From Rhizophagus irregularis (lineage: Eukaryota): a stretch of 64,000 nucleotides of DNA. Both the position numbers and the translations under genes were made by a program. Each line of letters starts with the position of its first letter. The stretch's first letter is position 1. Where the stretch lies: the NCBI RefSeq assembly GCF_026210795.1, contig NC_089435.1, positions 2,542,001 through 2,606,000 on the forward strand, given 5' to 3'. Of the stretch, positions 1-14,079 are shown piece after piece. Below the pieces are notes generated by a model. The model saw nothing but the letters and a program-made list of their open reading frames with translations. It made no database searches and was not told the DNA's origin.

Positions 1-499
1 CAGAAATGATACAAGATGGTAAGAAAAGAATTTATAAAAAAAAAAATATTGAAACAAAATGCTAATTACTATTTGTTTGGAAAAAGATATTTCCGAAAAT
101 CAAGAAAATCAAAATATTATATGGTAAGTATACTTATTCTGAACACGTATTAGTTATTTGCTAATTAGAGATTTACCGTTCAATAGGAATTCTACTTATG
201 AGTTTCCCTTGGAGTCTGGATGGGCGTTAAAAAGCAAGCAAAAATATGGTAAAAAAGGAGGTGGAAAACGTATATCTAAAAGAGTATGGAAACTTTTAGA
301 AGAATATTTTTTGGAAGGGGATGTTGATAAAAGTAAAAGATTTACCGCTACTACTATGCTAGAAAATCTCAGAAATAAAGTTGAAGAAAGAGAGTTGGAT
401 GAAGAAGAAATACCAAAACTACAAACTATTCAAGGCTGGATATCTCGTTATTCAGCACAACATCGCCAAAAAATGGCAGAAATGTCTTTGGTACGTTAG
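1..499 (+). CDS. 3' end of a spliced gene; last exon encodes a GWALK...TIQGWISRY domain, possibly a transposon-protein C-terminus
   Basis: ORF 158-499; GT-AG introns at about 18-87 and 124-169; family assignment uncertain. Confidence 0.5.
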
Positions 500-1131
500 A
501 AGGGGACCGAGTTCATAATAAAAATAAATAAATTTATAAAGAAATAATAAAATAACATGAAATAATAATATAAAAAACTGTTTGGTAAAAGAATATATAA
601 AAATATTATAAAAATTGTAAAATCTAAAATTTGCCATTATTGAAATCGCAAGTTCAAGTTAGCTTGGAATCAGCCTTTCCCTCAAACTAAAGTTGTTAGA
701 AATATTCATCAAAACATCGATAAAGTAGAAATTAGATAATGTTACGTCATGATGATTATAACAATTAATAAATTGGTTGTGTAACTATGCCTAGTGATCC
801 TTTAATAAATGCGTCAAAAATGCCAATTTTTCATAAAGACTATTTGATCTACAAAAATTTACCCTGATTTAGCATAGTAATTTTCTCCGGTTGTTACACG
901 AATCACGAATTAATTATGGTTATAATATAGTATATATATTTAGAAAAACTTTTGTTATTTTTGATTCAATAAAGATAAAATATTTGTCTTGATAATTTTT
1001 ACATTTGATAGTAATTTTAAATAAAAAAAAAATTTTTTTTTTTGATTTTATAAAATTATTTCATCGGTAATATTGTAGCGAAACGATCGATCACGTGACC
1101 AAAATTCGGCCTAATCACGAGGTGACGATCA

Positions 1132-1270
1132 ATGTTCGAAATGTTGCATATGTTGCATATATGTAACATATCAAATATATGCAACATATCAAATATGTTC
1201 AACATATCAAATATATGCAACATATCAAATATGTTTAATTTATTTAATATATTTAATATATGCAATATGT
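1132..1270. repeat. 9/18-bp minisatellite (aacatatcaaatatatgc)
   Basis: Visible tandem copies; explains spurious ORFs 1056-1265 and 1132-1335. Confidence 0.85.
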
Positions 1271-3701
1271 TAGATATTTTTAGTCTGGTATTTTTACATA
1301 TATATAGACCTGTAATTAGATCTGTAGTTGAATGAAAAATTGAAGTTCAGTAGAAGAGTTTTCTTAATAAAAATGGTTCTAATGATTATATTGAATAAAC
1401 TGTTGCTTGAATTTAACGAAATATAAATTTGTTATCCTTTATTCGTGTTGGGAGTATATGCCGACGTACAGTGCTATACTACACGTCTGATTGAATTGTT
1501 TATTAAGTGTTTATACAAATAGTTTATTTATTGATTATACCCGCCTACCTATATACCTTCTGTTTACCCTTTTCCATTTGTTTACGTTTGTAAACGCTAA
1601 AGAACTGGCTATAACAATATTTTGGGAGTCAGGATCCACGTGAAATCCTTATTTTCCGTAAATAGTAAAGATTCACGTGGATCCTTCCCCACCTCAACGG
1701 ATCTTTGGAATTAAAAAGTTTAAAGAATCCCTAAGGATAGGAAAGAATCCTTAGAGACATTTATTTAATTTTTATTAATAGATTATTTATTGATTTTTAT
1801 TAAAATCTATTTATTAATTTATATATTTAATGTGTATTTATTTATCTCTAATATTATTGTATATATTATGTATTTCTCCAGTTAATAAAAATAAAACAAT
1901 AATTTAATATAAAATACAAAAACAACTAATAAATAAAGTTAAAAAAAAATAATAATTCAAGTTTCACAATGAAACTTATCACTTTTCCTTAATTCTTCTG
2001 TTGATATTCGCCGCTAAGAAAGAGTGATTGGTTATGATCGCGTTGGAACATATTTTTAAATAAAGTTTGATAAGGAATTTCAAATTTATTGTTTACATAA
2101 TACTACCCAGACAACCTAAAAAAAATTAAACATTATTTAACGCTTTTATTAAAAAGGAAACAATTGAAGTTTCGCAATGAAACTTACCTATTATTAAATT
2201 ATTTTCTCTCTAATCGATACCCCAAATCATGGTAAAATGTCAATAGCGTCATCTGATTTTGAAGCAGGAGGGTTATCGATCCTAATTGCTTGCATGGCTT
2301 TTACAATATTCAGGTGATTTCCAATTGAAAAAGTATCAATCTGTTCGTGGATTTTACTAATAGCTGATCTATAGCCAGCGATAGTATTCCCCTATTGAAA
2401 CCTACTTGTCTATAAAAAAAAGAAAAAGATTGAAACGTTAATAAACGTTTCATTAAAATAAATAATTCAAATAAGCCTTCACTCACCAAGTTCCCACACG
2501 TCTAAAGAAATCAAAAGAAATGGCCATCTAAAAAGAAAAAAAATCAAATGTTAGTAGATATTTCGCTACAGTAAAATAAAAATTTAAATAATTCATCACC
2601 AGTTTCTAATGCGTTAATGACCCATCCCATCTAAAGAAAAGAAAAAATTGAATTTTTTGTTTTCAATACACTTGTTGAAATAACTTGTAGTGCGTTGTTA
2701 ACAGGTCCGTCTCAAACTCTGTCAACTATAACTAAACGTTAGGGAGTCAATAGCTATAACGTAGTTTATATCAGCAAGACACGCAAAAACACAATACGCA
2801 AAATATAACACAATCACAGTTCGTTTTTAATATAAGAGTTTATTAAATAGTTAATACAAGTTAATCCCTAACTTATACTATCTATTTTCTATCTATCTGA
2901 CACACTGACACACACTTTAACTTAAGAAAAAAATCAAAAGATATTTATATAAAAATAAAATATAAAGAAAATAATATAACTAAAATAAATAAAGTAAATA
3001 AAATAAATGTAATAAATAAAAGAAATAATAAAAATAATAAAAATAACATAAAATAATATAAATAACAAAAATAACAATTGTAACGTTAATCAGATCTACA
3101 AAATTATTTGATTACATAATGATTGATCTACTAATTAATCATCTGATTTTTGAATCTCATGATTTTTACTGCGCCATAATCTTCGTTATCAGCGTGTCTG
3201 ATACTGAAATTAATCTGAAAGATGTCATCTTCGATATCTTTTTTCCTTTGCCGTTATTCTGTAAGTATTTTACGTCCAGAGATACTTAAAAAAGAAACGT
3301 CTAAAAAAAAAATGAAAATGAGCAGTTAGTAATGCTCGTTAATATAAAAAAATCTGAAATAACTTCTTTTTTTGCTTACCGGTATCCAAGTTAAAAAAAC
3401 ACCTAAAAAAGAAAAAAAAATGAACATTTAGTATTTGTCAAAATAAAAAAAATTGAAACAAATTTTTCATGAAACTTACTGGTATCCCACATCAAAAAAA
3501 AATTCCTAAAAAAGAAAAAAAAAATGAACAATTAGCAATGTTCGTTAAAATAAACAAAAGAAAAAAAAATTCTTACTTACCAGTACTTCACGTCCAGAAA
3601 AACTTGAAAACTGCCTAAAAAAAAGAAACAAAATAAACAGTTAATAGTGTTCGTTAATATAAAAAATAAAAAAAAAAATTTTTTCTTACCTTACTTAACG
3701 G

Positions 3702-4807
3702 TGAGATCCCCCAATTCCCTCTGTCATCAATTTACAGAGTTGCCACATCGAACGGGCATTCTCATGGTCGAACGAACGAATAAACGAATGAACGAACAAT
3801 TAAACGAACAAGTAATTAATCAGCGACATAATTAACAAACAACATAATCAACGAACAACATACAACAACATATAACAACAACATTCTTGGTTTACAAAAT
3901 AAATAGCGTTAGTAATATAAAACGTTGAACGATATAAAATAAAATTAACTTCTCTAAATTTTCCCCAAATTATATCCACTTTTACCTTTAATTTCAAACT
4001 TCAATAGCTCTCGCTACGAATTATTACTTTTCAAAACATATATTTAATTCATCTTAAAATTTTCATTTATTTAATTAAAATTAATTAAGCGAACATTAAT
4101 TAAAGTTTAGGGCGAACCTATTACCTTCAATTAATATTAAACTTTACTAACAAATAATTAAATGAAACTTATATTTTTATTGAGTTCTGTGGATGAGAAC
4201 TATGGAATTACCTTGAATTCCGCTCTCTATATATACAATTTTTATGCTACTTTCTATTCTATCTATATACTATCTTTTATGTTCTTTTTACATATTATCT
4301 TTGAACTATCTTTCTAATATACTATCTATATTTTAAATACGCTATCTTTTAATATGCTATCTTTTAATATGCTATCTTTTTATATACGTTCTTAATATAT
4401 TATCTTTTACGTTCCATCTTTATACTATCTTTTTATATTATCTTTTACATTATTTTGTGTTCTTTAATCTTTCTGACATTATTTTATATGTTCTTTTAAT
4501 TCGCTTTATGTGTTTTGCTTATAATCTATCTTTTGTGGCTTATAATTATTCTTTCTTATCGTTCTTATTGTTAAAGATTGCTAAGCCGCAATTGATCGAC
4601 TCTATTTATCCTATTGGTTCTTTGTCAATCATTTGATAAATATTACATCATGTAGATCATTACTCTTCCTAAATGTTTATCCTTTTCGGCTAATTATTTA
4701 TCCATCTACGCCAATCCACGATTAATTTGTTCGTTCTTAATATTTAATAATTACATTTGGTGGTTGAATTTTATCATCTTTTCGTTCTTGATATTTGACC
4801 GTTTACA
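3702..4807. mobile_element. Probable solo LTR (TG...CA)
   Basis: ACGG duplicated at 3698-3701 and 4808-4811; removal restores an exon-like unit of the host array. Confidence 0.5.
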
Positions 4808-4970
4808 ACGGTCCCACATTAAAAAAGACTCAAAAACCACCTAAAAAAATAAAATGAAGTTAGTAATGCTTATTAATATAAAAAAAAAATTAAAAAAAAA
4901 ATTTTTTTTTTATTTACCAGTCCTACGTCCAAAAAGACTCGAAAAACGCCTAAAAAAGGAAGAGAAATGA

Positions 4971-7558
4971 CATCAGTAAGTTAGGTCGGCATAAATCATT
5001 GTATTGAAAAGCACTGTAAAATTCGGCGCATTGATCATTGCAATGATTTATGCCAACAAAATACTAAACAATGCACCAATTATTCAGTGCAATGATCATT
5101 GTATTGGAAAGTGCATTGATTACTGTGACATAATTCAGCACCTTGATTAGTGTTAAAAGTTTCAGTGCGAATCTGTGACACAAAATTGCAAAGTTTATTT
5201 ACCTAACTTTAAGTTTATTTTTTATTAAGTTTATTTAGGTATATGGCTTCTTTCTTCGAAGCTGAAGTTTATTTTGCTTCAGTTTCAGTATTATTACTTT
5301 ATGATTTATCTTTTTATTTTTTTTATTGCTCATACTAATTATGTTTTTTTCTTAACATTCAAACATAGAAATAACATGAAACTTACCCTTCACATTTCAA
5401 GTCCAAGAAACTGTCTATAAAAGAAAATAAAAATAGAACGTTAATTAACGCTCTTAAAGTAAAAAAAAATTAAAAATCTAAAAAAGTAAGTCTCTTTTTT
5501 ATCCTTTTGTTTCTTTTAATTTTTTTAATTTCCCTTTGTTGATTGCGTTTTTTTTTGTAGAAATGGATTGATAATTTGAAAATAGTTCCGATCGGTGGTA
5601 TTACTAGTCATATGACTTATGGCCAAACCGATTTAAATAATCTTTTTTTAAGAGTTTTAAGAAAATTTTTTCTTTTTTATTTTAGGTAGGGAACTCAGAG
5701 TGAAAACGGGATATTAAGGTATTTTTATTAATATTATTTTATTTATCATTATTTTTTTAGGAATGAAATTGACTTTTTCTTTTCATTTAGGAACAGTTCT
5801 TTGGCAGATTTCCTAGACTTTCTGAAAAGATAAGTGTTTTTTTGGAGTGTATGATAGCGTAATGGCATTAGGAAACAATACTAACCCCATTTTTTTTATT
5901 CTTTTAGGTCCTTGAACACTTCTGAACGCTTCCTGGAATACAGATTTGAAGGTAGGCAGGTGTGTGCTGTGTATTGGTGTTAGAAAACAATACTAACGCC
6001 TTTTTTTTATTCTTTTAGATTCTTGGACGCTTCCTGGAATATAGATTCAAAGGTAGATAGGTATATGGTGTATATTTGCATTAGGAAACAATAATAATGC
6101 CTTTTTTTATTATTTTTTTAGGTTATTAGAAGCAAAATTTGCGGTAAGTTTCTTTGAGTGAATGCATGGTAGTTAATGGCGTTATGATAATATTAATACC
6201 TTTTATTTTTTTTAGATCGTTTGTTAGAATTGAACCAACTGGGACTATGACCAAACCATTAACAACAGGTAAAAATGGTAGAATATTTCTATTTTTTTTT
6301 AAAGAAGCGTTATATTAACATTTCTTTGTATTTTGTAGGTTCTTCTGGCTTCCCTTTACCATTGGATTCCTAGTAGGTATTTTGAAGTCAATTTTGATTT
6401 TTTTTTTGAAGTGCTATATTAACACTTTTTCTTTGTATTTTGTAGGTTTCTTTCAGCTTTTGGCATTGGATATTTGGATATCAGGTAGGCTTTAAAGACG
6501 AAAATTTGTTTTTTATTATTTTTTTTGAAGTGTTATACTAACACTTCTTTTATATTTTGTAGATTTCGTTCGGCATTGGATACTGAATACCGAGTATGCT
6601 TTAAAAACGAAATTTTTTTTATTATTTTTTTTTGAAATATTAACTAATACTTCTTATATATTTTGTAGGTTTCTGCTTCAATATTTGGCTGCTCATGTGG
6701 TAAGTTTCTGGAAATTAATTTCAAAATTATTTATTTATTTTTTTTAAAAGAAACGTTTACTAACGTTTCATTTTTTCTTTTTTACTCGGTATAGATTTCA
6801 GCTTTGCATTTAGGTGTTAGATTTTTGGTAAGTTTTGAAGTTATATCATAACTTTAAAACTATTTGTTTTTTTTAAAAGAATCGTTTTATTAACATTTCT
6901 TTTTGTTTTTTCTTGTAAGAGCCAATTTTGAATTTAGCTTAAGTTTGGAAGAAAGCAATTTATTATGACACCATAGTCCCGTTCAGGTGTCTTTTTTAAA
7001 AATTTCAATTTTTTTTTTTTTAATATCAGATAAATTTTTTTATTAAATTTTTTTTATTTTAGGAACGATTCAGCTCGGCAATTTCTTGGAATGGATATTT
7101 CTTGTAAGACTTGTGAGTTTTAGGAAGGATTTTTTTTAAAAATCTTAATGAAAACGTTATTAAATTAATGTTTCTATCTTATTTTATTTTTAGGAACGGT
7201 AGATTTCTTGAAATGGGACTTATCATTATTTACAATAATGTGAGTTTCAGGGGATAATTTAAATTAAATATATACTATAATAGACAGTTAGGTATATGAA
7301 AATAAAATAAATACAGTAAAATAAATAAATTAATTAATTAATAAATTAATAAATAAATAGAATAAAATGAAATTAAATAAATAAATTAAATAAAAAAATC
7401 TGTGCAATGATTTATGCGATGTAAATAAAACAGTGCGTTGATTGATGCTATTTTTCAACGCGCTGTTCTGTGTTGCCTTCGTAGAATCACATGATTTCAC
7501 GCTGATCTGTGTTGGCATAAAACAATGCGCAGTTTTATGCGCACTTAACTTACTGATG
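4971..7558. mobile_element. Non-autonomous TIR DNA transposon (CMC/CACTA-like) carrying a + strand multi-exon array
   Basis: TIR CATCAGTAAGTTA / TAACTTACTGATG, 2-bp TSD GA, subterminal repeats; empty site aaatgaacagttag matches the host intron pattern. Confidence 0.75.
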
Positions 7559-7975
7559 GAACAGTTAGTAAATATAAAAAAATGTTGAATTAATTTTTTT
7601 TTACTTACCGAAAGTCTCCATTCAAATACCTGAAAAACCGGATATCTAAAAAGAGGAAAAAGAAATGAAACACTAGTTAACATTTGCATAATGTTTCGTT
7701 GAAATAAACACATATACCACACACTTACATGTATGGAAAAAATGAGAGACTGGGAAGGGAGAGAGAGAAGAACGTGTATTTGAAAAAAGATCGATAATCA
7801 TTAATACTATATATGTGATACACGTGATACATAATCTCCCGATATTAAATTTACAATTTAATTTAAATCATAATTACAAAAATTCCTTAAAGATTTTATA
7901 CTTAAGAATCTTTAAGTGAAACATTACTATTACAATAGAAGTTTAAGGGTATAAGGGTGAACTCTTTTATTTTAA

Positions 7976-8700
7976 ATGAGAGAAATTCAAGTATGGGAAC
8001 ATGTGCTAAAATGGGGACTTGCTCAAAGTCCTGAACTTCCTTTTGATATTACAAATATTTCAAAAGAAGATTTCAAAACTTTAAAGAATAATGTACGTCA
8101 ATGTATTCCATTCATCAGATTTCATAATTTGTCTTCTGAAGAATTTTCGGATAAAGTATTACCTTACAGGAAAATTTTACCAAAGGATTTATTATATGAA
8201 GACTTATTAAAATATTTTATGAATCCTAATAAAAAATCAAAACCTCGTATGACGACTGCTATAAATGAATTTATATTAATTCCAAAATTATTACAATTCA
8301 ACATGCCGAATTAATTTCAAAATGGATTGATAGATTAGAAATTACAGATGAGATAGAAAAAGCGTACAAATTCCAATTGTTACTTCATGGATCTCGTGAT
8401 GGGTTTACACATAAAAAATTTCATAAATCTGTGATAATCGACCTCGTACTATAACAATTATCAAAGTGAACAATAGTAATGAAATTCTTGGAGAATATAA
8501 TCTAATTGCGTGGGAATCTAATGAGTCTGATGAATCTGATGATGAATTAGATGAAAAAAATTTTGGTACTACTAAAGATAGCTTTATATTCTCTTTTGAT
8601 AATAGTGTCGATGTTGAAAGTTATATTTTAAGTCGTGTAAAAAGTGAAAAATATGCCATAGTGATCTTGGCCCATCATTTGGTGTCCGTGATCTTGATTT
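7976..8700 (+). pseudogene. 5'-truncated, frameshifted (BTB)-BACK-TLDc gene fragment
   Basis: EIQVWEHVLKWGLAQ...CIPFIRF (BACK-like); LLLHGSRDGF, NEILGEYN, TKDSFIFSF (TLDc) in shifting frames. Confidence 0.8.
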
Positions 8701-9228
8701 ATATATCAATCAGTATTACAATAGGGGAGAGTAAGTTTATTTTATCAATCAGTGAAACAGTGCTATTACAATAGAAGCGTAAGGGCGTAAGGGCGAACTT
8801 TTTGTTAATCAATTAGTTCGTTGATATTGTTTTGCTCATAAAATATGAAAAAATTGAAAAAATTGAAAAATGAAAAATTTCTTTTTCTTACATTTTGATT
8901 TTTTTAAAAAATTTCGAAAGATGATATTTTTCATTTTCTTTTACCGAAGTAGATATAAAATTTATTGTATAAAAGTTTATTTATTAAAATATATATAGAG
9001 AAGCTTATTTATTAACATATATGGAGTTTTATATATTAAAGTTTAAATTATTCGCCTAAATAAACTTAAACAAATAGACTTTTTCTTACATTAAGTTTAA
9101 AAATAAACTTTTATAAACTTTGTTTCTTGATAATAAAATTAGTAATAAAAAAAATAATTTTTTAAATTTCGTAACTCTTCCAATTTTATAAAAAAAAAAC
9201 TTTTTAAATTATTATTTATTTTTTTAAA

Positions 9229-10999
9229 ATGACAAGAGTACGAAAAGAACAAAAAACTACCGTGCAAAATGAAGCAGAAGTCAAAAGTAAATATTTTTAT
9301 ATAAAATTGCAATATAATATTATTACAATTTTTTATTTAGTACTTTTTAATTTAATTAGAAGGTCGTGGAAAAAATGGCGGTGGACGAGGTCGTGGACGA
9401 GGTCGTGGTTCAACTCAAGTGCTAAAGACTGCTGCGGGTAATGTCTTCAGACTTTTTTTTAAAAAAATTAGTAATATCTTTTCTTATTTTAGTAATTTTT
9501 TCTCAATTTCCGATTTGCGTTTACTTTAATTAGGTGATCGTGTCCGGGATAATAAAAAACAAGCGAATAAATGCGACACTCCGATTCAAGAATATGAAGC
9601 TGAAGCTGGTAATTAATTTTTAAATTTACCATTATTTTATTTTTATAATAAATTTCAATATTGAATAATGTATATTATAATTAGATCATGATAGTGAAAA
9701 GCAACCTTCTAAATCAGACCTTAATGTCATTTCTATTTCTGACGATGAGTTAGAACCAGCATTTGATGATACACCCAATGATTTAAGCATTTCTGGGCCT
9801 TTCAAGTTAGATTATAGCACAATTGCGGATAATTCTAAAAAGATTTGTGAAGATGATCGTGAAATAGAAACAGAAAGTGCAACTGCAAGTCGATCGGCTA
9901 AAAGTATGAATAAAAAACGGGTTTTATCCATCAGTTCTACTAAAAATAAGCGTCAACGATCTCAAGAAAATATTACTGATTTGCTTGAAGTCTCGGAAAG
10001 TGATGATGATAAAGGTAATTGCAAACTAATCCTTATGTAGTAACTAATATTACTTATACTAATAAATTCAATTCACTGATGATTATAGAAGATAGAGGTG
10101 ATAGTGATGAATCTGCCGGAAGCTTAGATGAGAAGTATAGTGAAAGATGGAGAAACCAACAAGACTTAACGTTGCATGATACAAGAAAAGGTAATTATTT
10201 CCTAATTATTGTTTATTATTATTATTATTATGTTTATTACGAATACTAATATTTAACAATTTATATAAATATACTTTTAGACAAACCTAAAGCTTTAAAT
10301 GGAATGAAAAATATTTTAGAAGTTTGCCAGTGGCTAATAGAAAGACCGGATGTATTAGTAATGGCAAATCAGATGTACAACGCTATGAATACATCGTTAG
10401 ATTTGCCTCTTGTAAATAACATGATGATACCCACTGCACCAATATCAAAAGCCACTGCAGCTATATCTGCAAATGATGAAAAGGCACTTGCTCGGCTTTG
10501 GCATGAGGAAATTAAATGTCTTTTTCTCAGATGTAGGGCACCTCCAGATGATGCTATTGAAAGTCTCGTAAAGACAATATTTAATTATGACCTCTATAGT
10601 AATAATGCTGAAGAGGTCATTTGCCACTCTAAATGGACTCTAACAGATTTTCGCAGTAAACTTAATAAAAAGATTGATGCAAAGGTCCATGAATTCAGAG
10701 AAATACGAGTAAAAAAAGGAAAAACTACTGCGCCAGCAAGATCAGAAATTGAAGAGTTTATGACCTCCGAAGTTGTTGAGCAGATATTATATAGATATCT
10801 AACAGGCACTGACAAGACTAAGCTTAAAAAATGCGGTACTTTGGAATGACTTGTTCTATTCGTCAGAGAAGTATTTAAAATACACTATACTAAATACGAT
10901 GTCAAAGCTATTAAGGAGCTTGATAACATTACGAAGAATTATAAAGTGCCAAGTAGATCCGGTAAAAACATTGCCATGAAGCTTTCATTAGAATATTGA
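9229..10999 (+). CDS. Six-exon hypothetical protein (GRGRG-rich N-terminus, acidic linker, helical C-terminal domain) with in-frame TGA at 10847
   Basis: Exons about 9229-9286, 9360-9437, 9534-9608, 9684-10014, 10089-10190, 10281-10999 join in frame through phase-1 GT-AG introns. Confidence 0.7.
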
Positions 11000-13545
11000 T
11001 TAATTTATTCTTTATTGTTTGAACTGCGTAATATTATAAAATATACACACGCCCATTTTATATATATTCTTTAACTACTATGTACATTCTTAAAAATTGA
11101 AACAATTGTATTTTATTCTTGAATGGGTTCCCACCTTGTTATGGTTGTGTCACCAGGGGCGCTATGTCAACGGAAACTTAGTACGTTGATCGCTTAAAAA
11201 TCCGCGGCAATCCAATCATAACAAGAGGAATTAATATTTATATAAGATATTGTACTATTTGTGTATGTTATAATTAAATTACAATATTTTACAATTATAC
11301 AATTAATAATTTATTATTGATAAAAAAAATTATGTAATCTATTAAAATTTTAATAATTAATAATAAAATGCGTTACTTAATGGTTTGTATACAACTTATC
11401 GCTTCTATATAACAGATATGAAGTGAAATGACAGAATCTATAATTACATGTTTTTTAAAAATAAAAATAATTGTATTTTCAAAAATTAAAACGTATTTTT
11501 CACAATTAAAAAACAATTAAAGTTTCATATTACCTCCATGTAGAAAATATAAAGTAGTGAGGTAGAAACTGGACAGTCGAAACGAAAAAAATGCCACTAG
11601 CGATCGACCCTATAGTCACGTGATGGTCACATGCTAGAAGCGTTAAAGTTGCTAAATCAGAGGTTTCAGCAAAGTTCAAAATATGCAAAAAAAATGGCTA
11701 TTATTCTCAAATGTGAAACTTTACACCTCCTCCGTTTCCAATCAATTTCTCACATTTGTTCCGTTTAGACAATATATTACAGTTAGAACTTGCTCTGTGA
11801 TATAACAAATTTCACAATTTTTTAATATTAAACATATAAAAATTGTTATATCAAAACTTATAAATTCTGATATAATGAAGTTTTCCATTGAACTGAAGGG
11901 TTTATTATATTAAGTTTGTACTGTATTTTTTTTGTACGATTATTTATTTACATATTTACCATCAACTTCATGTGACTATAAAATGTTTTTTAATTACTCA
12001 GCTGATAGACTTACTATTTTTTATTTATCCTGTACTGCAAATACTGATGAAACGATATTGCTGTATATGAAAGACCTTCTTGTCAGGAGATAAAATGATG
12101 TTTGTGCATTTTTCTGGCCTTTATTATCCAGCATATTTTTTTTTTCATCAGTTAAAGAGTTACATGAAGTATTTGGGATGAATATTCTCAATATAAAGGC
12201 GGGATAGACTCCAACTTAGAGAATATAGGTCGTAGACTTCTGGCAACGTGCTCTTCAGAAAAATCCAGGATAACTAACAGTAGCTGTATCCTACTATATA
12301 AAAACTCACTCTTGAGTGGGTATTTTGGAGCTAGTAAACATTAGTCAATATAATATACTCTATAAAACCATTGATACATTTTCCTAATTTCAGAAATTTC
12401 TAAAGTTTTTACGCATATTTTACCTCATTTTACTTCATGTAACCAGTTAATAAACAGGTTAGTAATTTATTAAAAACCTATAACGCTAATGTTATGTAAT
12501 ATTAAAATTTGGAATTATTTCTATTTTGATAAATGTCAAAGACCTACTATGGATAATTGTAGTTCTCATAACCAATAAATTAAAGAGAATATTATTTTGA
12601 TATTATTTTGTATAACTTCTACTGCTTTAAATAATGTTTCTAGTACTGTAAATAACTTTTCTATTTGATTATTTTTGAGTGCTTTAACAATTTCCACCAA
12701 TAATAAAACCATTTCTAAAATTAAAAAAAAAAAAATCAAGTTGAGTAGATCTGAAGAAATTTTGTCTTATTACATTATACTCATGTCTTTTTATATTGTC
12801 TAATAACAAATATCAAAATAATTTCATGTCTTATAGTATTCAGGAAGTTTACACAATAAAGTTGCTCTTTGATTATTTAAAAGTAATAAAGTGGGTGTTT
12901 GGTAAGTTTTATTGCGTATTTCTCTAAAATTTGATATATTAGTGTAATTTTTCTAATTATTTTAATAATAATAATATGCAATTCATATTATGTGAAACAT
13001 TCAAAGTTTATAAAATCAATAAATTGATAGTATCATTTGTAATTTTTTATAATTTCTGTTTAGATATTAGTTAAGCAATATATTAATTACACAACACCAT
13101 ATAAACTGACCAATATAGTTACATACCCATCAATTATGATGACGTCACTTTTATCATTCAACATTTAGCCTACTTTACCGGCAAAACATAAAAATTTTAT
13201 AAAGAAATTATTAAACGACCAAACTGTCAATCTCAATCAGTTCAACAAACGTCTACTTCCAATCTTCCAATAATGATACAAATAACAATAATCGTCATGA
13301 AGAACATGCACAAGAAAACTAATATATAAACACTTCGAAGACAAAGTAGCAGTGGACTACTTATACAACCGCGACAAATGGATTTTACTCATAGAAAACT
13401 TCACTGTAAGAATCCTCGTTGGAAAAATTTTGAGTTTATAAAGTCACGATATAAACTTTTCAAAATTAATAATCGTTATTAGCCAATTATGTGCAGATTC
13501 TGACTCGAACATGTCATGAATGTATGGCGTACCGTATAATTACAC

Positions 13546-13939
13546 TAGGGATTGGAACCGTCCAAAAAAACCTTAACCGGTTAAAAACCGGTTAACCAAG
13601 GGTCTTAACCGGTTAATAACCGGTTAATATTAAAAATATTTTAAAAACTTTTTTTACTGCAAATTGTACCAATTTTTGATTTTACTTGCATATTTAGTTA
13701 TAGGACGACTATATATCACTAAAATTATTATAAATAAATAGAAAAAAATTCGGCATTAAAACTTCAAGTTTAGGAACACGTGGCCGCAATTTACATATCT
13801 CTGGGCCGCATTATATAAATCTGACTAGGATTATGATAAATATAGTTTTAACCGGTTAACCGATTTTCAAAATCTTTTAACCGGTTAACCGTCTTAACCG
13901 GTTAATTAACCGGTTAACATTAACCGGTTCCAATCCCTA
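13546..13939. mobile_element. hAT-type MITE
   Basis: TIR TAGGGATTGGAACCG / CGGTTCCAATCCCTA; 8-bp TSD AATTACAC; subterminal TTAACCGG repeats. Confidence 0.92.
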
Positions 13940-14079
13940 AATTACACAACAAGTGACTTGTTATAAAACAACATGTCTTGTTGTTTTTCATGTTAATCAT
14001 ACAATGATTTCCAATTTATCTTTCGGATTCCATATATGGCGTCTTATCGATTATCTGGGTTTTTAAACATATCACACTT

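Larger units (their letters stand above)
1623..7850 (-). other. Array of short (20-60 nt) exon-like units separated by GT-AG introns, interrupted by insertions
   Basis: Recurrent + strand pattern cttac/ctcac...cta(aaaa)...gttag, i.e. donor, acceptor and branch point on the minus strand; no long ORF seen. Confidence 0.55.

Noticed and set aside
10847..11225. Selenocysteine TGA with SECIS
   Set aside because: Hairpin lacks the AUGA/GA core and the protein has no selenoprotein or redox motif
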